This document shows positions 36,101-51,600 of a stretch of 64,000 nucleotides of DNA, one piece after another. Source of the stretch: Auanema rhodensis (taxonomy: Eukaryota; Animalia; Nematoda); contig OZ059899.1 of assembly GCA_964057225.1 (NCBI GenBank), positions 20,460,001-20,524,000 of the forward strand, in the 5' to 3' direction. The translations under genes and the position numbers were made by a program. The stretch's first letter is position 1, and each line of letters opens with the position of its first letter. The notes below the pieces were generated by a model. It was not told the origin of the DNA and did not search any database. It was given only the letters and a program-made list of their open reading frames with translations.

Positions 36101-37800
36101 GGATATAAGTGTGAACTTATATCAGTTGATATCTCGGTGCATTTTTAAGCTAGCGCAAATCTGATAACACAGATCGACGCAGCTTAAAAATCCGCATCGA
36201 ATTCACTATACTACATTGAGAAACGCTTGATACAAAAATTAGTTATGATCGTTTGAAAAAAGATGCATTAGTGTATGTTGAGTTTCCATGTACACTCAAC
36301 ATTGCTTCCAAAAACATTTTGACAAAAATTTTTCCAAAAAATTTCAAAATAATTTCGCAAAAAGTAAATGTTTTTAGATTCCTTTCTCCAAGGCAAAGAC
36401 GATGGACAATGTTATTCAACGAAAAAATTAATTCTGCAGGGTGAAAATCGAGGATATAAGTGTGAACTTATATCAGTTGATATCTCGGTGCATTTTTAAG
36501 CTAGCGCAAATCTGATAACACAGATCGACGCAGCTTGAAAATCCGCATCGAATGCACTATACAACATTGAGAAACGCTCAATACAAAAATTAGTTATGAT
36601 CGTTTGAAAAATGATGCATTAGTGTATGTTGAGTTTCCATGTACACTCAACATTGCTTCCAAAAACATTTTGACAAAAATTTTTCCGAAAAATTTTAAAA
36701 TAATTTCGCAAAGAGTAGGTGTTTTTAGATTCCTTTTTTCAAGGCAAAGACGATGGACAATGTTATTCAACGAAAAAATTAATTCTGCAGGGTGAAAATC
36801 GAGGATATAAGTGTGAACTTATATCAGTTGATATCTCGGTGCATTTTTAAGCTAGCGCAAATCTGATAACACAGATCGACGCAGCTTAAAAATCAGCATC
36901 GAATGCACTATACTACATTGAGAAACGCTTGATACAAAAATTAGGTATGATCGTTTGAAAAATGATGCATTAGTGTATGTTGAGTTTCCATGTACACTCA
37001 ACATTGCTTCCAAAAACATTTTGACAAAAATTTTTCCGAAAAATTTCGAAAAAATTTCGCGAAAAGTAGATGTTTTTAGATTCCTTCTCTCAAGGCAAAG
37101 ACGATGGACAATGTTATTCAACGAAAAAATTATTTCTGCAGGGTGAAAATCGAGGATATAAGTGTGAACTTATATCAGTTGATATCTCGGTGCATTTTTA
37201 AGCTAGCGCAAATCTGATAACACAGATCGACGCAGCTTAAAAATCCGCATCGAATGCATTATACTACATTGAGAAACGCTTAATACAAAACTTAGTTATG
37301 ATCGTTTGAAAAATGATGCATTACTGTAAGTTGAGTTTCCATGTACACTCAACATTGCTTCCAAAAACATTTTGACAAAAATTTTTCCGAAAAATTTCAA
37401 AATAATTTCGCAAAAAGTAGATGTTTTTAGATTCCTTTTTTCAAGGCAAAGACGATGGACAATGTTATTCAACGGAAAAATTAATTCTGCAGGGTGAAAA
37501 TCGAGGATATAAGTGTGAACTTATATCAGTTGATATCTCGGTGCATTTTTAAGCTAGCGCAAATCTGATAACACAGATCGACGCAGCTTAAAAATCCGCA
37601 TCGAATGCACTATACTGCATTGAGAAACGCTTAATACAAAAATTAGTTATGATCGTTTGAAAAATGATGCATTAGTGTATGTTGAGTTTCCATGTACACT
37701 CAACATTGCTTCCAAAAACATTTTGACAAAAATTTTTCCGAAAAATTTTAAAATAATTTCGCAAAGAGTAGGTGTTTTTAGATTCCTTTTTTCAAGGCAA
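30200..37800 (+). repeat. Variable higher-order repeat of 9 and 11 monomers in the 351-bp array, with nested 702-bp dimers
   Basis: AACGGAAAAA at 30451/33610/37471 (offsets 3159 = 9x351 and 3861 = 11x351). The 'EKFSRK' monomers at 30988/34147 and the 'LLSR' monomers at 33094/36955 have the same offsets. Confidence 0.85.
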
Positions 37801-38699
37801 AAACGATGGACAATGTTATTCAACGAAAAATTAATTCTGCAGGGTGAAAATCGAGGATATAAGTGTGAACTTATATCAGTTGATATCTCGGTGCATTTTT
37901 AAGCTAGCGCAAATCTGATAACACAGATCGACGCAGCTTAAAAATCCGCATCGAATGCATTATACTACATTGAGAAACGCTTAATACAAAACTTAGTTAT
38001 GATCGTTTGAAAAATGATGCATTACTGTAAGTTGAGTTTCCATGTACACTCAACATTGCTTCCAAAAACATTTTTACAAAAATTTTTCCGAAAAATTTCG
38101 AAATAATTTCGCAAAAAGTAGATGTTTTTAGATTCCTTTTTTCAAGGCAAAGACGATGAACATTGTTATTCAACGAAAAAATTGATTCTGCAGGGTGAAA
38201 ATCGAGGATATAAGTGTGAACTTATATCAGTTGATATCTCGGTGCATTTTTAAGCTAGCGCAAATCTGATAACACAGATCGACGCAGCTTAAAAATCCGC
38301 ATCGAATGCATTATACTACATTGAGAAACGCTTAATACAAAACTTAGTTATGATCGTTTGAAAAATGATGCATTACTGTAAGTTGAGTTTCCATGTACAC
38401 TCAACATTGCTTCCAAAAACAATTTGACAAAAATTTTTCCGAAAAATTTCAAAATAATTTCGCGAAAAGTAGATGTTTTTAGATTCCTTTTTTCAAGGCA
38501 AAGACGATGGACAATGTTATTCAACGAAAAAATTAATTCTGCAGGGTGAAAATCGAGGATATAAGTGTGAACTTATATCAGTTGATATCTCGGTGCATTT
38601 TTAAGCTAGCGCAAATCTGATAACACAGATCGACGCAGCTTAAAAATCCGCATCGAATTCACTATACTACATTGAGAAACGCTTGATACAAAAATTAGT

Positions 38700-41600
38700 T
38701 ATGATCGTTTGAAAAAAGATGCATTAGTGTATGTTGAGTTTCCATGTACACTCAACATTGCTTCCAAAAACATTTTGACAAAAATTTTTCCAAAAAATTT
38801 CAAAATAATTTCGCAAAAAGTAAATGTTTTTAGATTCCTTTCTCCAAGGCAAAGACGATGGACAATGTTATTCAACGAAAAAATTAATTCTGCAGGGTGA
38901 AAATCGAGGATATAAGTGTGAACTTATATCAGTTGATATCTCGGTGCATTTTTAAGCTAGCGCAAATCTGATAACACAGATCGACGCAGCTTAAAAATCC
39001 GCATCGAATGCACTATACTACATTGAAAAACGCTTGATACAAAAATTAGGTATGATCGTTTGAAAAAAGATGCATTAGTGTATGTTGAGTTTCCATGTAC
39101 ACTCAACATTGCTTCCAAAAACATTTTTACAAAAATTTTTCCGAAAAATTTCGAAATAATTTCGCAAAAAGTAGATGTTTTTAGATTCCTTTTTTCAAGG
39201 CAAAGACGATGAACATTGTTATTCAACGAAAAAATTGATTCTGCAGGGTGAAAATCGAGGATATAAGTGTGAACTTATATCAGTTGATATCTCGGTGCAT
39301 TTTTAAGCTAGCGCAAATCTGATAACACAGATCGACGCAGCTTAAAAATCCGCATCGAATGCACTATACTACATTGAGAAACGCTTGATACAAAAATTAG
39401 GTATGATCGTTTGAAAAAAGATGCATTAGTGTATGTTGAGTTTCCATGTACACTCAACATTGCTTCCAAAAACATTTTGACAAAAATTTTTCCGAAAAAT
39501 TTCGAAAAAATTTCGCAAAAAGTAGATGTTTTTAGATTCCTTTTTCCAAGGCAAAGACGATGGACAATGTTATTCAACGAAAAAATTATTTCTGCAGGGT
39601 GAAAATCGAGGATATAAGTGTGAACTTATATCAGTTGATATCTCGGTGCATTTTTAAGCTAGCGCAAATCTGATAACACAGATCGACGCAGCTTGAAAAT
39701 CCGCATCGAATGCACTATACAACATTGAGAAACGCTCAATACAAAAATTAGTTATGATCGTTTGAAAAATGATGCATTAGTGTATGTTGAGTTTCCATGT
39801 ACACTCAACATTGCTTCCAAAAACATTTTGACAAAAATTTTTCCGAAAAATTTCAAAATAATTTCGCGAAAAGTAGATGTTTTTAGATTCCTTTTTCCAA
39901 GGCAAAGACGATGGACAATGTTATTCAACGAAAAAATTATTTCTGCAGGGTGAAAATCGAGGATATATGTGTTAACTTATATCAGTTGATATCTCGGTGC
40001 ATTTTTAAGCTAGCGCAAATCTGATAACACAGATCGACGCAGCTTAAAAATCCGCATCGAATTCACTATACTACATTGAGAAACGCTTGATACAAAAATT
40101 AGTTATGATCGTTTGAAAAAAGATGCATTAGTGTATGTTGAGTTTCCATGTACACTCAACATTGCTTCCAAAAACATTTTGACAAAAATTTTTCCAAAAA
40201 ATTTCAAAATAATTTCGCAAAAAGTAAATGTTTTTAGATTCCTTTCTCCAAGGCAAAGACGATGGACAATGTTATTCAACGAAAAAATTAATTCTGCAGG
40301 GTGAAAATCGAGGATATAAGTGTGAACTTATATCAGTTGATATCTCGGTGCATTTTTAAGCTAGCGCAAATCTGATAACACAGATCGACGCAGCTTAAAA
40401 ATCCGCATCGAATGCACTATACTACATTGAAAAACGCTTGATACAAAAATTAGGTATGATCGTTTGAAAAAAGATGCATTAGTGTATGTTGAGTTTCCAT
40501 GTACACTCAACATTGCTTCCAAAAACATTTTTACAAAAATTTTTCCGAAAAATTTCGAAATAATTTCGCAAAAAGTAGATGTTTTTAGATTCCTTTTTTC
40601 AAGGCAAAGACGATGAACATTGTTATTCAACGAAAAAATTGATTCTGCAGGGTGAAAATCGAGGATATAAGTGTGAACTTATATCAGTTGATATCTCGGT
40701 GCATTTTTAAGCTAGCGCAAATCTGATAACACAGATCGACGCAGCTTAAAAATCCGCATCGAATGCACTATACTACATTGAAAAACGCTTGATACAAAAA
40801 TTAGGTATGATCGTTTGAAAAAAGATGCATTAGTGTATGTTGAGTTTCCATGTACACTCAACATTGCTTCCAAAAACATTTTGACAAAAATTTTTCCAAA
40901 AAATTTCAAAATAATTTCGCAAAAAGTAAATGTTTTTAGATTCCTTTCTCCAAGGCAAAGACGATGGACAATGTTATTCAACGAAAAAATTAATTCTGCA
41001 GGGTGAAAATCGAGGATATAAGTGTGAACTTATATCAGTTGATATCTCGGTGCATTTTTAAGCTAGCGCAAATCTGATAACACAGATCGACGCAGCTTAA
41101 AAATCCGCATCGAATGCACTATACTACAATGAAAAATGCTTGATACAAAAATTAGGTATGATCGTTTGAAAAAAGATGCATTAGTGTATGTTGAGTTTCC
41201 ATGTACACTCAACATTGCTTCCAAAAACATTTTTACAAAAATTTTTCCGAAAAATTTCGAAATAATTTCGCAAAAAGTAGATGTTTTTAGATTCCTTTTT
41301 TCAAGGCAAAGACGATGAACATTGTTATTCAACGAAAAAATTGATTCTGCAGGGTGAAAATCGAGGATATAAGTGTGAACTTATATCAGTTGATATCTCG
41401 GTGCATTTTTAAGCTAGCGCAAATCTGATAACACAGATCGACGCAGCTTAAAAATCCGCATCGAATGCACTATACTACATTGAGAAACGCTTGATACAAA
41501 AATTAGGTATGATCGTTTGAAAAAAGATGCATTAGTGTATGTTGAGTTTCCATGTACACTCAACATTGCTTCCAAAAACATTTTGACAAAAATTTTTCCG

Positions 41601-43500
41601 AAAAATTTCGAAAAAATTTCGCAAAAAGTAGATGTTTTTAGATTCCTTTTTCCAAGGCAAAGACGATGGACAATGTTATTCAACGAAAAAATTATTTCTG
41701 CAGGGTGAAAATCGAGGATATAAGTGTGAACTTATATCAGTTGATATCTCGGTGCATTTTTAAGCTAGCGCAAATCTGATAACACAGATCGACGCAGCTT
41801 AAAAATCCGCATCGAATGCACTATACTACAATGAAAAATGCTTGATACAAAAATTAGTTATGATCGTTTGAAAAATGATGCATTAGTGTATGTTGAGTTT
41901 CCATGTACACTCAACATTGCTTCCAAAAACATTTTGACAAAAATTTTTCCGAAAAATTTCAAAATAATTTCGCGAAAAGTAGATGTTTTTAGATTCCTTT
42001 TTCCAAGGCAAAGACGATGGACAATGTTATTCAACGAAAAAATTATTTCTGCAGGGTGAAAATCGAGGATATATGTGTTAACTTATATCAGTTGATATCT
42101 CGGTGCATTTTTAAGCTAGCGCAAATCTGATAACACAGATCGACGCAGCTTAAAAATCCGCATCGAATTCACTATACTACATTGAGAAACGCTTGATACA
42201 AAAATTAGTTATGATCGTTTGAAAAAAGATGCATTAGTGTATGTTGAGTTTCCATGTACACTCAACATTGCTTCCAAAAACATTTTGACAAAAATTTTTC
42301 CAAAAAATTTCAAAATAATTTCGCAAAAAGTAAATGTTTTTAGATTCCTTTCTCCAAGGCAAAGACGATGGACAATGTTATTCAACGAAAAAATTAATTC
42401 TGCAGGGTGAAAATCGAGGATATAAGTGTGAACTTATATCAGTTGATATCTCGGTGCATTTTTAAGCTAGCGCAAATCTGATAACACAGATCGACGCAGC
42501 TTAAAAATCCGCATCGAATGCACTATACTACATTGAAAAACGCTTGATACAAAAATTAGGTATGATCGTTTGAAAAAAGATGCATTAGTGTATGTTGAGT
42601 TTCCATGTACACTCAACATTGCTTCCAAAAACATTTTTACAAAAATTTTTCCGAAAAATTTCGAAATAATTTCGCAAAAAGTAGATGTTTTTAGATTCCT
42701 TTTTTCAAGGCAAAGACGATGAACATTGTTATTCAACGAAAAAATTGATTCTGCAGGGTGAAAATCGAGGATATAAGTGTGAACTTATATCAGTTGATAT
42801 CTCGGTGCATTTTTAAGCTAGCGCAAATCTGATAACACAGATCGACGCAGCTTAAAAATCCGCATCGAATTCACTATACTACATTGAGAAACGCTTGATA
42901 CAAAAATTAGTTATGATCGTTTGAAAAAAGAAGCATTAGTGTATGTTGAGTTTCCATGTACACTCAACATTGCTTCCAAAAACATTTTGACAAAAATTTT
43001 TCCAAAAAATTTCAAAATAATTTCGCAAAAAGTAAATGTTTTTAGATTCCTTTCTCCAAGGCAAAGACGATGGACAATGTTATTCAACGAAAAAATTAAT
43101 TCTGCAGGGTGAAAATCGAGGATATAAGTGTGAACTTATATCAGTTGATATCTCGGTGCATTTTCAAGCTAGCGCAAATCTGATAACACAGATCGACGCA
43201 GCTTAAAAATCCGCATCGAATGCACTATACTACATTGAAAAATGCTTGATACAAAAATTAGGTATGATCGTTTGAAAAAAGATGCATTAGTGTATGTTGA
43301 GTTTCCATGTACACTCAACATTGCTTCCAAAAACATTTTTACAAAAATTTTTCCGAAAAATTTCGAAATAATTTCGCAAAAAGTAGATGTTTTTAGATTC
43401 CTTTTTTCAAGGCAAAGACGATGAACATTGTTATTCAACGAAAAAATTGATTCTGCAGGGTGAAAATCGAGGATATAAGTGTGAACTTATATCAGTTGAT
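38700..43500 (+). repeat. About 6-monomer (2106-bp) duplication in the 351-bp array
   Basis: The private double variant GATATATGTGTTAAC occurs at about 39962 and 42068, and flanking monomer types repeat at offset 2106. Confidence 0.8.
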
Positions 43501-45699
43501 ATCTCGGTGCATTTTTAAGCTAGCGCAAATCTGATAACACAGATCGACGCAGCTTAAAACTCCGCATCGAATGCACTATACTACATTGAGAAACGCTTGA
43601 TACAAAAATTAGGTATGATCGTTTGAAAAAAGATGCATTAGTGTATGTTGAGTTTCCATGTACACTCAACATTGCTTCCAAAAACATTTTGACAAAAATT
43701 TTTCCGAAAAATTTCGAAAAAATTTCGCAAAAAGTAGATGTTTTTAGATTCCTTTTTTCAAGGCAAAGACGATGGACAATGTTATTCAACGAAAAAATTA
43801 TTTCTGCAGGGTGAAAATCGAGGATATAAGTGTGAACTTATATCAGTTGATATCTCGGTGCATTTTTAAGCTAGCGCAAATCTGATAACACAGATCGACG
43901 CAGCTTGAAAATCCGCATCGAATGCACTATACAACATTGAGAAACGCTCAATACAAAAATTAGTTATGATCGTTTGAAAAATGATGCATTAGTGTATGTT
44001 GAGTTTCCATGTACACTCAACATTGCTTCCAAAAACATTTTGACAAAAATTTTTCCGAAAAATTTTAAAATAATTTCGCAAAGAGTAGGTGTTTTTAGAT
44101 TCCTTTTTTCAAGGCAAAGACGATGGACAATGTTATTCAACGAAAAAATTAATTCTGCAGGGTGAAAATCGAGGATATAAGTGTGAACTTATATCAGTTG
44201 ATATCTCGGTGCATTTTTAAGCTAGCGCAAATCTGATAACACAGATCGACGCAGCTTAAAAATCAGCATCGAATGCACTATACTACATTGAGAAACGCTT
44301 GATACAAAAATTAGGTATGATCGTTTGAAAAATGATGCATTAGTGTATGTTGAGTTTCCATGTACACTCAACATTGCTTCCAAAAACATTTTGACAAAAA
44401 TTTTTCCGAAAAATTTCGAAAAAATTTCGCGAAAAGTAGATGTTTTTAGATTCCTTTTCTCAAGGCAAAGACGATGGACAATGTTATTCAACGAAGAAAT
44501 TATTTCTGCAGGGTGAAAATCGAGGATATAAGTGTGAACTTATATCAGTTGATATCTCGGTGCATTTTTAAGCTAGCGCAAATCTGATAACACAGATCGA
44601 CGCAGCTTAAAAATCCGCATCGAATGCATTATACTACATTGAGAAACGCTTAATACAAAACTTAGTTATGATCGTTTGAAAAATGATGCATTACTGTAAG
44701 TTGAGTTTCCATGTACACTCAACATTGCTTCCAAAAACATTTTGACAAAAATTTTTCCGAAAAATTTCAAAATAATTTCGCAAAAAGTAGATGTTTTTAG
44801 ATTCCTTTTTTCAAGGCAAAGACGATGGACAATGTTATTCAACGAAAAAATTAATTCTGCAGGGTGAAAATCGAGGATATAAGTGTGAACTTATATCAGT
44901 TGATATCTCGGTGCATTTTTAAGCTAGCGCAAATCTGATAACACAGATCGACGCAGCTTAAAAATCCGCATCGAATGCACTATACTGCATTGAGAAACGC
45001 TTAATACAAAAATTAGTTATGATCGTTTGAAAAATGATGCATTAGTGTATGTTGAGTTTCCATGTACACTCAACATTGCTTCCAAAAACATTTTGACAAA
45101 AATTTTTCCGAAAAATTTTAAAATAATTTCGCAAAGAGTAGGTGTTTTTAGATTCCTTTTTTCAAGGCAAAGACGATGGACAATGTTATTCAACGAAAAA
45201 ATTAATTCTGCAGGGTGAAAATCGAGGATATAAGTGTGAACTTATATCAGTTGATATCTCGGTGCATTTTTAAGCTAGCGCAAATCTGATAACACAGATC
45301 GACGCAGCTTAAAAATCAGCATCGAATGCACTATACTACATTGAGAAACGCTTGATACAAAAATTAGGTATGATCGTTTGAAAAATGATGCATTAGTGTA
45401 TGTTGAGTTTCCATGTACACTCAACATTGCTTCCAAAAACATTTTGACAAAAATTTTTCCGAAAAATTTCGAAAAAATTTCGCGAAAAGTAGATGTTTTT
45501 AGATTCCTTTTCTCAAGGCAAAGACGATGGACAATGTTATTCAACGAAAAAATTATTTCTGCAGGGTGAAAATCGAGGATATAAGTGTGAACTTATATCA
45601 GTTGATATCTCGGTGCATTTTTAAGCTAGCGCAAATCTGATAACACAGATCGACGCAGCTTAAAAATCCGCATCGAATGCATTATACTACATTGAGAAA

Positions 45700-48600
45700 C
45701 GCTTAATACAGAACTTAGTTATGATCGTTTGAAAAATGATGCATTACTGTAAGTTGAGTTTCCATGTACACTCAACATTGCTTCCAAAAACATTTTGACA
45801 AAAATTTTTCCGAAAAATTTCAAAATAATTTCGCAAAAAGTAGATGTTTTTAGATTCCTTTTTTCAAGGCAAAGACGATGGACAATGTTATTCAAAGAAA
45901 AAAATAATTCTGCAGGGTGAAAATCGAGGATATAAGTGTGAACTTATATCAGTTGATATCTCGGTGCATTTTTAAGCTAGCGCAAATCTGATAACACAGA
46001 TCGACGCAGCTTAAAAATCCGCATCAAATGCACTATACTGCATTGAGAAACGCTTAATACAAAAATTAGTTATGATCGTTTGAAAAAAGATGCATTAGTG
46101 TATGTTGAGTTTCCATGTACACTCAACATTGCTTCCAAAAACATTTTGACAAAAATTTTTCCAAAAAATTTCAAAATAATTTCGCAAAAAGTAAATGTTT
46201 TTAGATTCCTTTCTCCAAGGCAAAGACGATGGACAATGTTATTCAACGAAAAAATTAATTCTGCAGGGTGAAAATCGAGGATATAAGTGTGAACTTATAT
46301 CAGTTGATATCTCGGTGCATTTTTAAGCTAGCGCAAATCTGATAACACAGATCGACGCAGCTTAAAAATCCGCATCGAATGCACTATACTACATTGAAAA
46401 ACGCTTGATACAAAAATTAGTTATGATCGTTTGAAAAAAGATGCATTAGTGTATGTTGAGTTTCCATGTACACTCAACATTGCTTCCAAAAACATTTTTA
46501 CAAAAATTTTTCCAAAAAATTTCAAAATAATTTCGCAAAAAGTAAATGTTTTTAGATTCCTTTCTCCAAGGCAAAGACGATGGACAATGTTATTCAACGA
46601 AAAAATTAATTCTGCAGGGTGAAAATCGAGGATATAAGTGTGAACTTATATCAGTTGATATCTCGGTGCATTTTTAAGCTAGCGCAAATCTGATAACACA
46701 GATCGACGCAGCTTAAAAATCCGCATCGAATGCACTATACTACATTGAGAAACGCTTGATACAAAAATTAGTTATGATCGTTTGAAAAAAGATGCATTAG
46801 TGTATGTTGAGTTTCCATGTACACTCAACATTGCTTCCAAAAACATTTTTACAAAAATTTTTCCGAAAAATTTCGAAATAATTTCGCAAAAAGTAGATGT
46901 TTTTAGATTCCTTTTTTCAAGGCAAAGACGATTAACATTGTTATTCACCGAAAAAATTGATTCTGCAGGGTGAAAATCGAGGATATAAGTGTGAACTTAT
47001 ATCAGTTGATATCTCGGTGCATTTTTAAGCTAGCGCAAATCTGATAACACAGATCGACGCAGCTTGAAAATCCGCATCGAATGCAGTATACAACATTGAG
47101 AAACGCTTAATACAAAACTTAGTTATGATCGTTTGAAAAATGATGCATTACTGTAAGTTGAGTTTCCATGTACACTCAACATTGCTTCCAAAAACATTTT
47201 GACAAAAATTTTTCCGAAAAATTTCAAAATAATTTCGCAAAAAGTAGATGTTTTTAGATTCCTTTTTTCAAGGCAAAGACGATGGACAATGTTATTCAAC
47301 GAAAAAATTAATTCTGCAGGGTGAAAATCGAGGATATAAGTGTGAACTTATATCAGTTGATATCTCGGTGCATTTTTAAGCTAGCGCAAATCTGATAACA
47401 CAGATCGACGCAGCTTAAAAATCAGCATCGAATGCACTATACTACATTGAGAAACGCTTGATACAAAAATTAGGTATGATCGTTTGAAAAATGATGCATT
47501 AGTGTATGTTGAGTTTCCATGTACACTCAACATTGCTTCCAAAAACATTTTGACAAAAATTTTTCCGAAAAATTTCGAAAAAATTTCGCGAAAAGTAGAT
47601 GTTTTTAGATTCCTTTTCTCAAGGCAAAGACGATGGACAATGTTATTCAACGAAAAAATTATTTCTGCAGGGTGAAAATCGAGGATATAAGTGTGAACTT
47701 ATATCAGTTGATATCTCGGTGCATTTTTAAGCTAGCGCAAATCTGATAACACAGATCGACGCAGCTTAAAAATCCGCATCGAATGCATTATACTACATTG
47801 AGAAACGCTTAATACAGAACTTAGTTATGATCGTTTGAAAAATGATGCATTACTGTAAGTTGAGTTTCCATGTACACTCAACATTGCTTCCAAAAACATT
47901 TTGACAAAAATTTTTCCGAAAAATTTCAAAATAATTTCGCAAAAAGTAGATGTTTTTAGATTCCTTTTTTCAAGGCAAAGACGATGGACAATGTTATTCA
48001 AAGAAAAAAATAATTCTGCAGGGTGAAAATCGAGGATATAAGTGTGAACTTATATCAGTTGATATCTCGGTGCATTTTTAAGCTAGCGCAAATCTGATAA
48101 CACAGATCGACGCAGCTTAAAAATCCGCATCAAATGCACTATACTGCATTGAGAAACGCTTAATACAAAAATTAGTTATGATCGTTTGAAAAATGATGCA
48201 TTAGTGTATGTTGAGTTTCCATGTACACTCAACATTGCTTCCAAAAACATTTTGACAAAAATTTTTCCGAAAAATTTTAAAATAATTTCGCAAAGAGTAG
48301 GTGTTTTCAGATTCCTTTTTTCAAGGCAAAGACGATGGACAATGTTATTCAACGAAAAAATTAATTCTGCAGGGTGAAAATCGAGGATATAAGTGTGAAC
48401 TTATATCAGTTGATATCTCGGTGCATTTTTAAGCTAGCGCAAATCTGATAACACAGATCGACGCAGCTTAAAAATCCGCATCGAATGCACTATACTACAT
48501 TGAGAAACGCTTGATACAAAAATTAGTTATGATCGTTTGAAAAAAGATGCATTAGTGTATGTTGAGTTTCCATGTACACTCAACATTGCTTCCAAAAACA

Positions 48601-51600
48601 TTTTGACAAAAATTTTTCCAAAAAATTTCAAAATAATTTCGCAAAAAGTAAATGTTTTTAGATTCCTTTCTCCAAGGCAAAGACGATGGACAATGTTATT
48701 CAACGAAAAAATTAATTCTGCAGGGTGAAAATCGAGGATATAAGTGTGAACTTATATCAGTTGATATCTCGGTGCATTTTTAAGCTAGCGCAAATCTGAT
48801 AACACAGATCGACGCAGCTTAAAAATCCGCATCGAATGCACTATACTACATTGAAAAACGCTTGATACAAAAATTAGTTATGATCGTTTGAAAAAAGATG
48901 CATTAGTGTATGTTGAGTTTCCATGTACACTCAACATTGCTTCCAAAAACATTTTTACAAAAATTTTTCCAAAAAATTTCAAAATAATTTCGCAAAAAGT
49001 AAATGTTTTTAGATTCCTTTCTCCAAGGCAAAGACGATGGACAATGTTATTCAACGAAAAAATTAATTCTGCAGGGTGAAAATCGAGGATATAAGTGTGA
49101 ACTTATATCAGTTGATATCTCGGTGCATTTTTAAGCTAGCGCAAATCTGATAACACAGATCGACGCAGCTTAAAAATCCGCATCGAATGCACTATACTAC
49201 ATTGAGAAACGCTTGATACAAAAATTAGTTATGATCGTTTGAAAAAAGATGCATTAGTGTATGTTGAGTTTCCATGTACACTCAACATTGCTTCCAAAAA
49301 CATTTTTACAAAAATTTTTCCGAAAAATTTCGAAATAATTTCGCAAAAAGTAGATGTTTTTAGATTCCTTTTTTCAAGGCAAAGACGATTAACATTGTTA
49401 TTCACCGAAAAAATTGATTCTGCAGGGTGAAAATCGAGGATATAAGTGTGAACTTATATCAGTTGATATCTCGGTGCATTTTTAAGCTAGCGCAAATCTG
49501 ATAACACAGATCGACGCAGCTTGAAAATCCGCATCGAATGCAGTATACAACATTGAGAAACGCTTAATACAAAACTTAGTTATGATCGTTTGAAAAATGA
49601 TGCATTACTGTAAGTTGAGTTTCCATGTACACTCAACATTGCTTCCAAAAACATTTTGACAAAAATTTTTCCGAAAAATTTCAAAATAATTTCGCAAAAA
49701 GTAGATGTTTTTAGATTCCTTTTTTCAAGGCAAAGACGATGGACAATGTTATTCAAAGAAAAAATTAATTCTGCAGGGTGAAAATCGAGGATATAAGTGT
49801 GAACTTATATCAGTTGATATCTCGGTGCATTTTTAAGCTAGCGCAAATCTGATAACACAGATCGACGCAGCTTAAAAATCCGCATCAAATGCACTATACT
49901 GCATTGAGAAACGCTTAATACAAAAATTAGTTATGATCGTTTGAAAAATGATGCATTAGTGTATGTTGAGTTTCCATGTACACTCAACATTGCTTCCAAA
50001 AACATTTTTACAAAAATTTTTCCAAAAAATTTCAAAATAATTTCGCAAAAAGTAAATGTTTTTAGATTCCTTTCTCCAAGGCAAAGACGATGGACAATGT
50101 TATTCAACGAAAAAATTAATTCTGCAGGGTGAAAATCGAGGATATAAGTGTGAACTTATATCAGTTGATATCTCGGTGCATTTTTAAGCTAGCGCAAATC
50201 TGATAACACAGATCGACGCAGCTTAAAAATCCGCATCGAATGCACTATACTACATTGAGAAACGCTTGATACAAAAATTAGTTATGATCGTTTGAAAAAA
50301 GATGCATTAGTGTATGTTGAGTTTCCATGTACACTCAACATTGCTTCCAAAAACATTTTTACAAAAATTTTTCCGAAAAATTTCGAAATAATTTCGCAAA
50401 AAGTAGATGTTTTTAGATTCCTTTTTTCAAGGCAAAGACGATTAACATTGTTATTCACCGAAAAAATTGATTCTGCAGGGTGAAAATCGAGGATATAAGT
50501 GTGAACTTATATCAGTTGATATCTCGGTGCATTTTTAAGCTAGCGCAAATCTGATAACACAGATCGACGCAGCTTGAAAATCCGCATCGAATGCAGTATA
50601 CAACATTGAGAAACGCTTAATACAAAACTTAGTTATGATCGTTTGAAAAATGATGCATTACTGTAAGTTGAGTTTCCATGTACACTCAACATTGCTTCCA
50701 AAAACATTTTGACAAAAATTTTTCCGAAAAATTTCAAAATAATTTCGCAAAAAGTAGATGTTTTTAGATTCCTTTTTTCAAGGCAAAGACGATGGACAAT
50801 GTTATTCAAAGAAAAAATTAATTCTGCAGGGTGAAAATCGAGGATATAAGTGTGAACTTATATCAGTTGATATCTCGGTGCATTTTTAAGCTAGCGCAAA
50901 TCTGATAACACAGATCGACGCAGCTTAAAAATCCGCATCAAATGCACTATACTGCATTGAGAAACGCTTAATACAAAAATTAGTTATGATCGTTTGAAAA
51001 ATGATGCATTAGTGTATGTTGAGTTTCCATGTACACTCAACATTGCTTCCAAAAACATTTTGACAAAAATTTTTCCGAAAAATTTTAAAATAATTTCGCA
51101 AAGAGTAGGTGTTTTCAGATTCCTTTTTTCAAGGCAAAGACGATGGACAATGTTATTCAACGAAAAAATTAATTCTGCAGGGTGAAAATCGAGGATATAA
51201 GTGTGAACTTATATCAGTTGATATCTCGGTGCATTTTTAAGCTAGCGCAAATCTGATAACACAGATCGACGCAGCTTAAAAATCCGCATCGAATGCACTA
51301 TACTACATTGAGAAACGCTTGATACAAAAATTAGTTATGATCGTTTGAAAAAAGATGCATTAGTGTATGTTGAGTTTCCATGTACACTCAACATTGCTTC
51401 CAAAAACATTTTGACAAAAATTTTTCCAAAAAATTTCAAAATAATTTCGCAAAAAGTAAATGTTTTTAGATTCCTTTCTCCAAGGCAAAGACGATGGACA
51501 ATGTTATTCAACGAAAAAATTAATTCTGCAGGGTGAAAATCGAGGATATAAGTGTGAACTTATATCAGTTGATATCTCGGTGCATTTTTAAGCTAGCGCA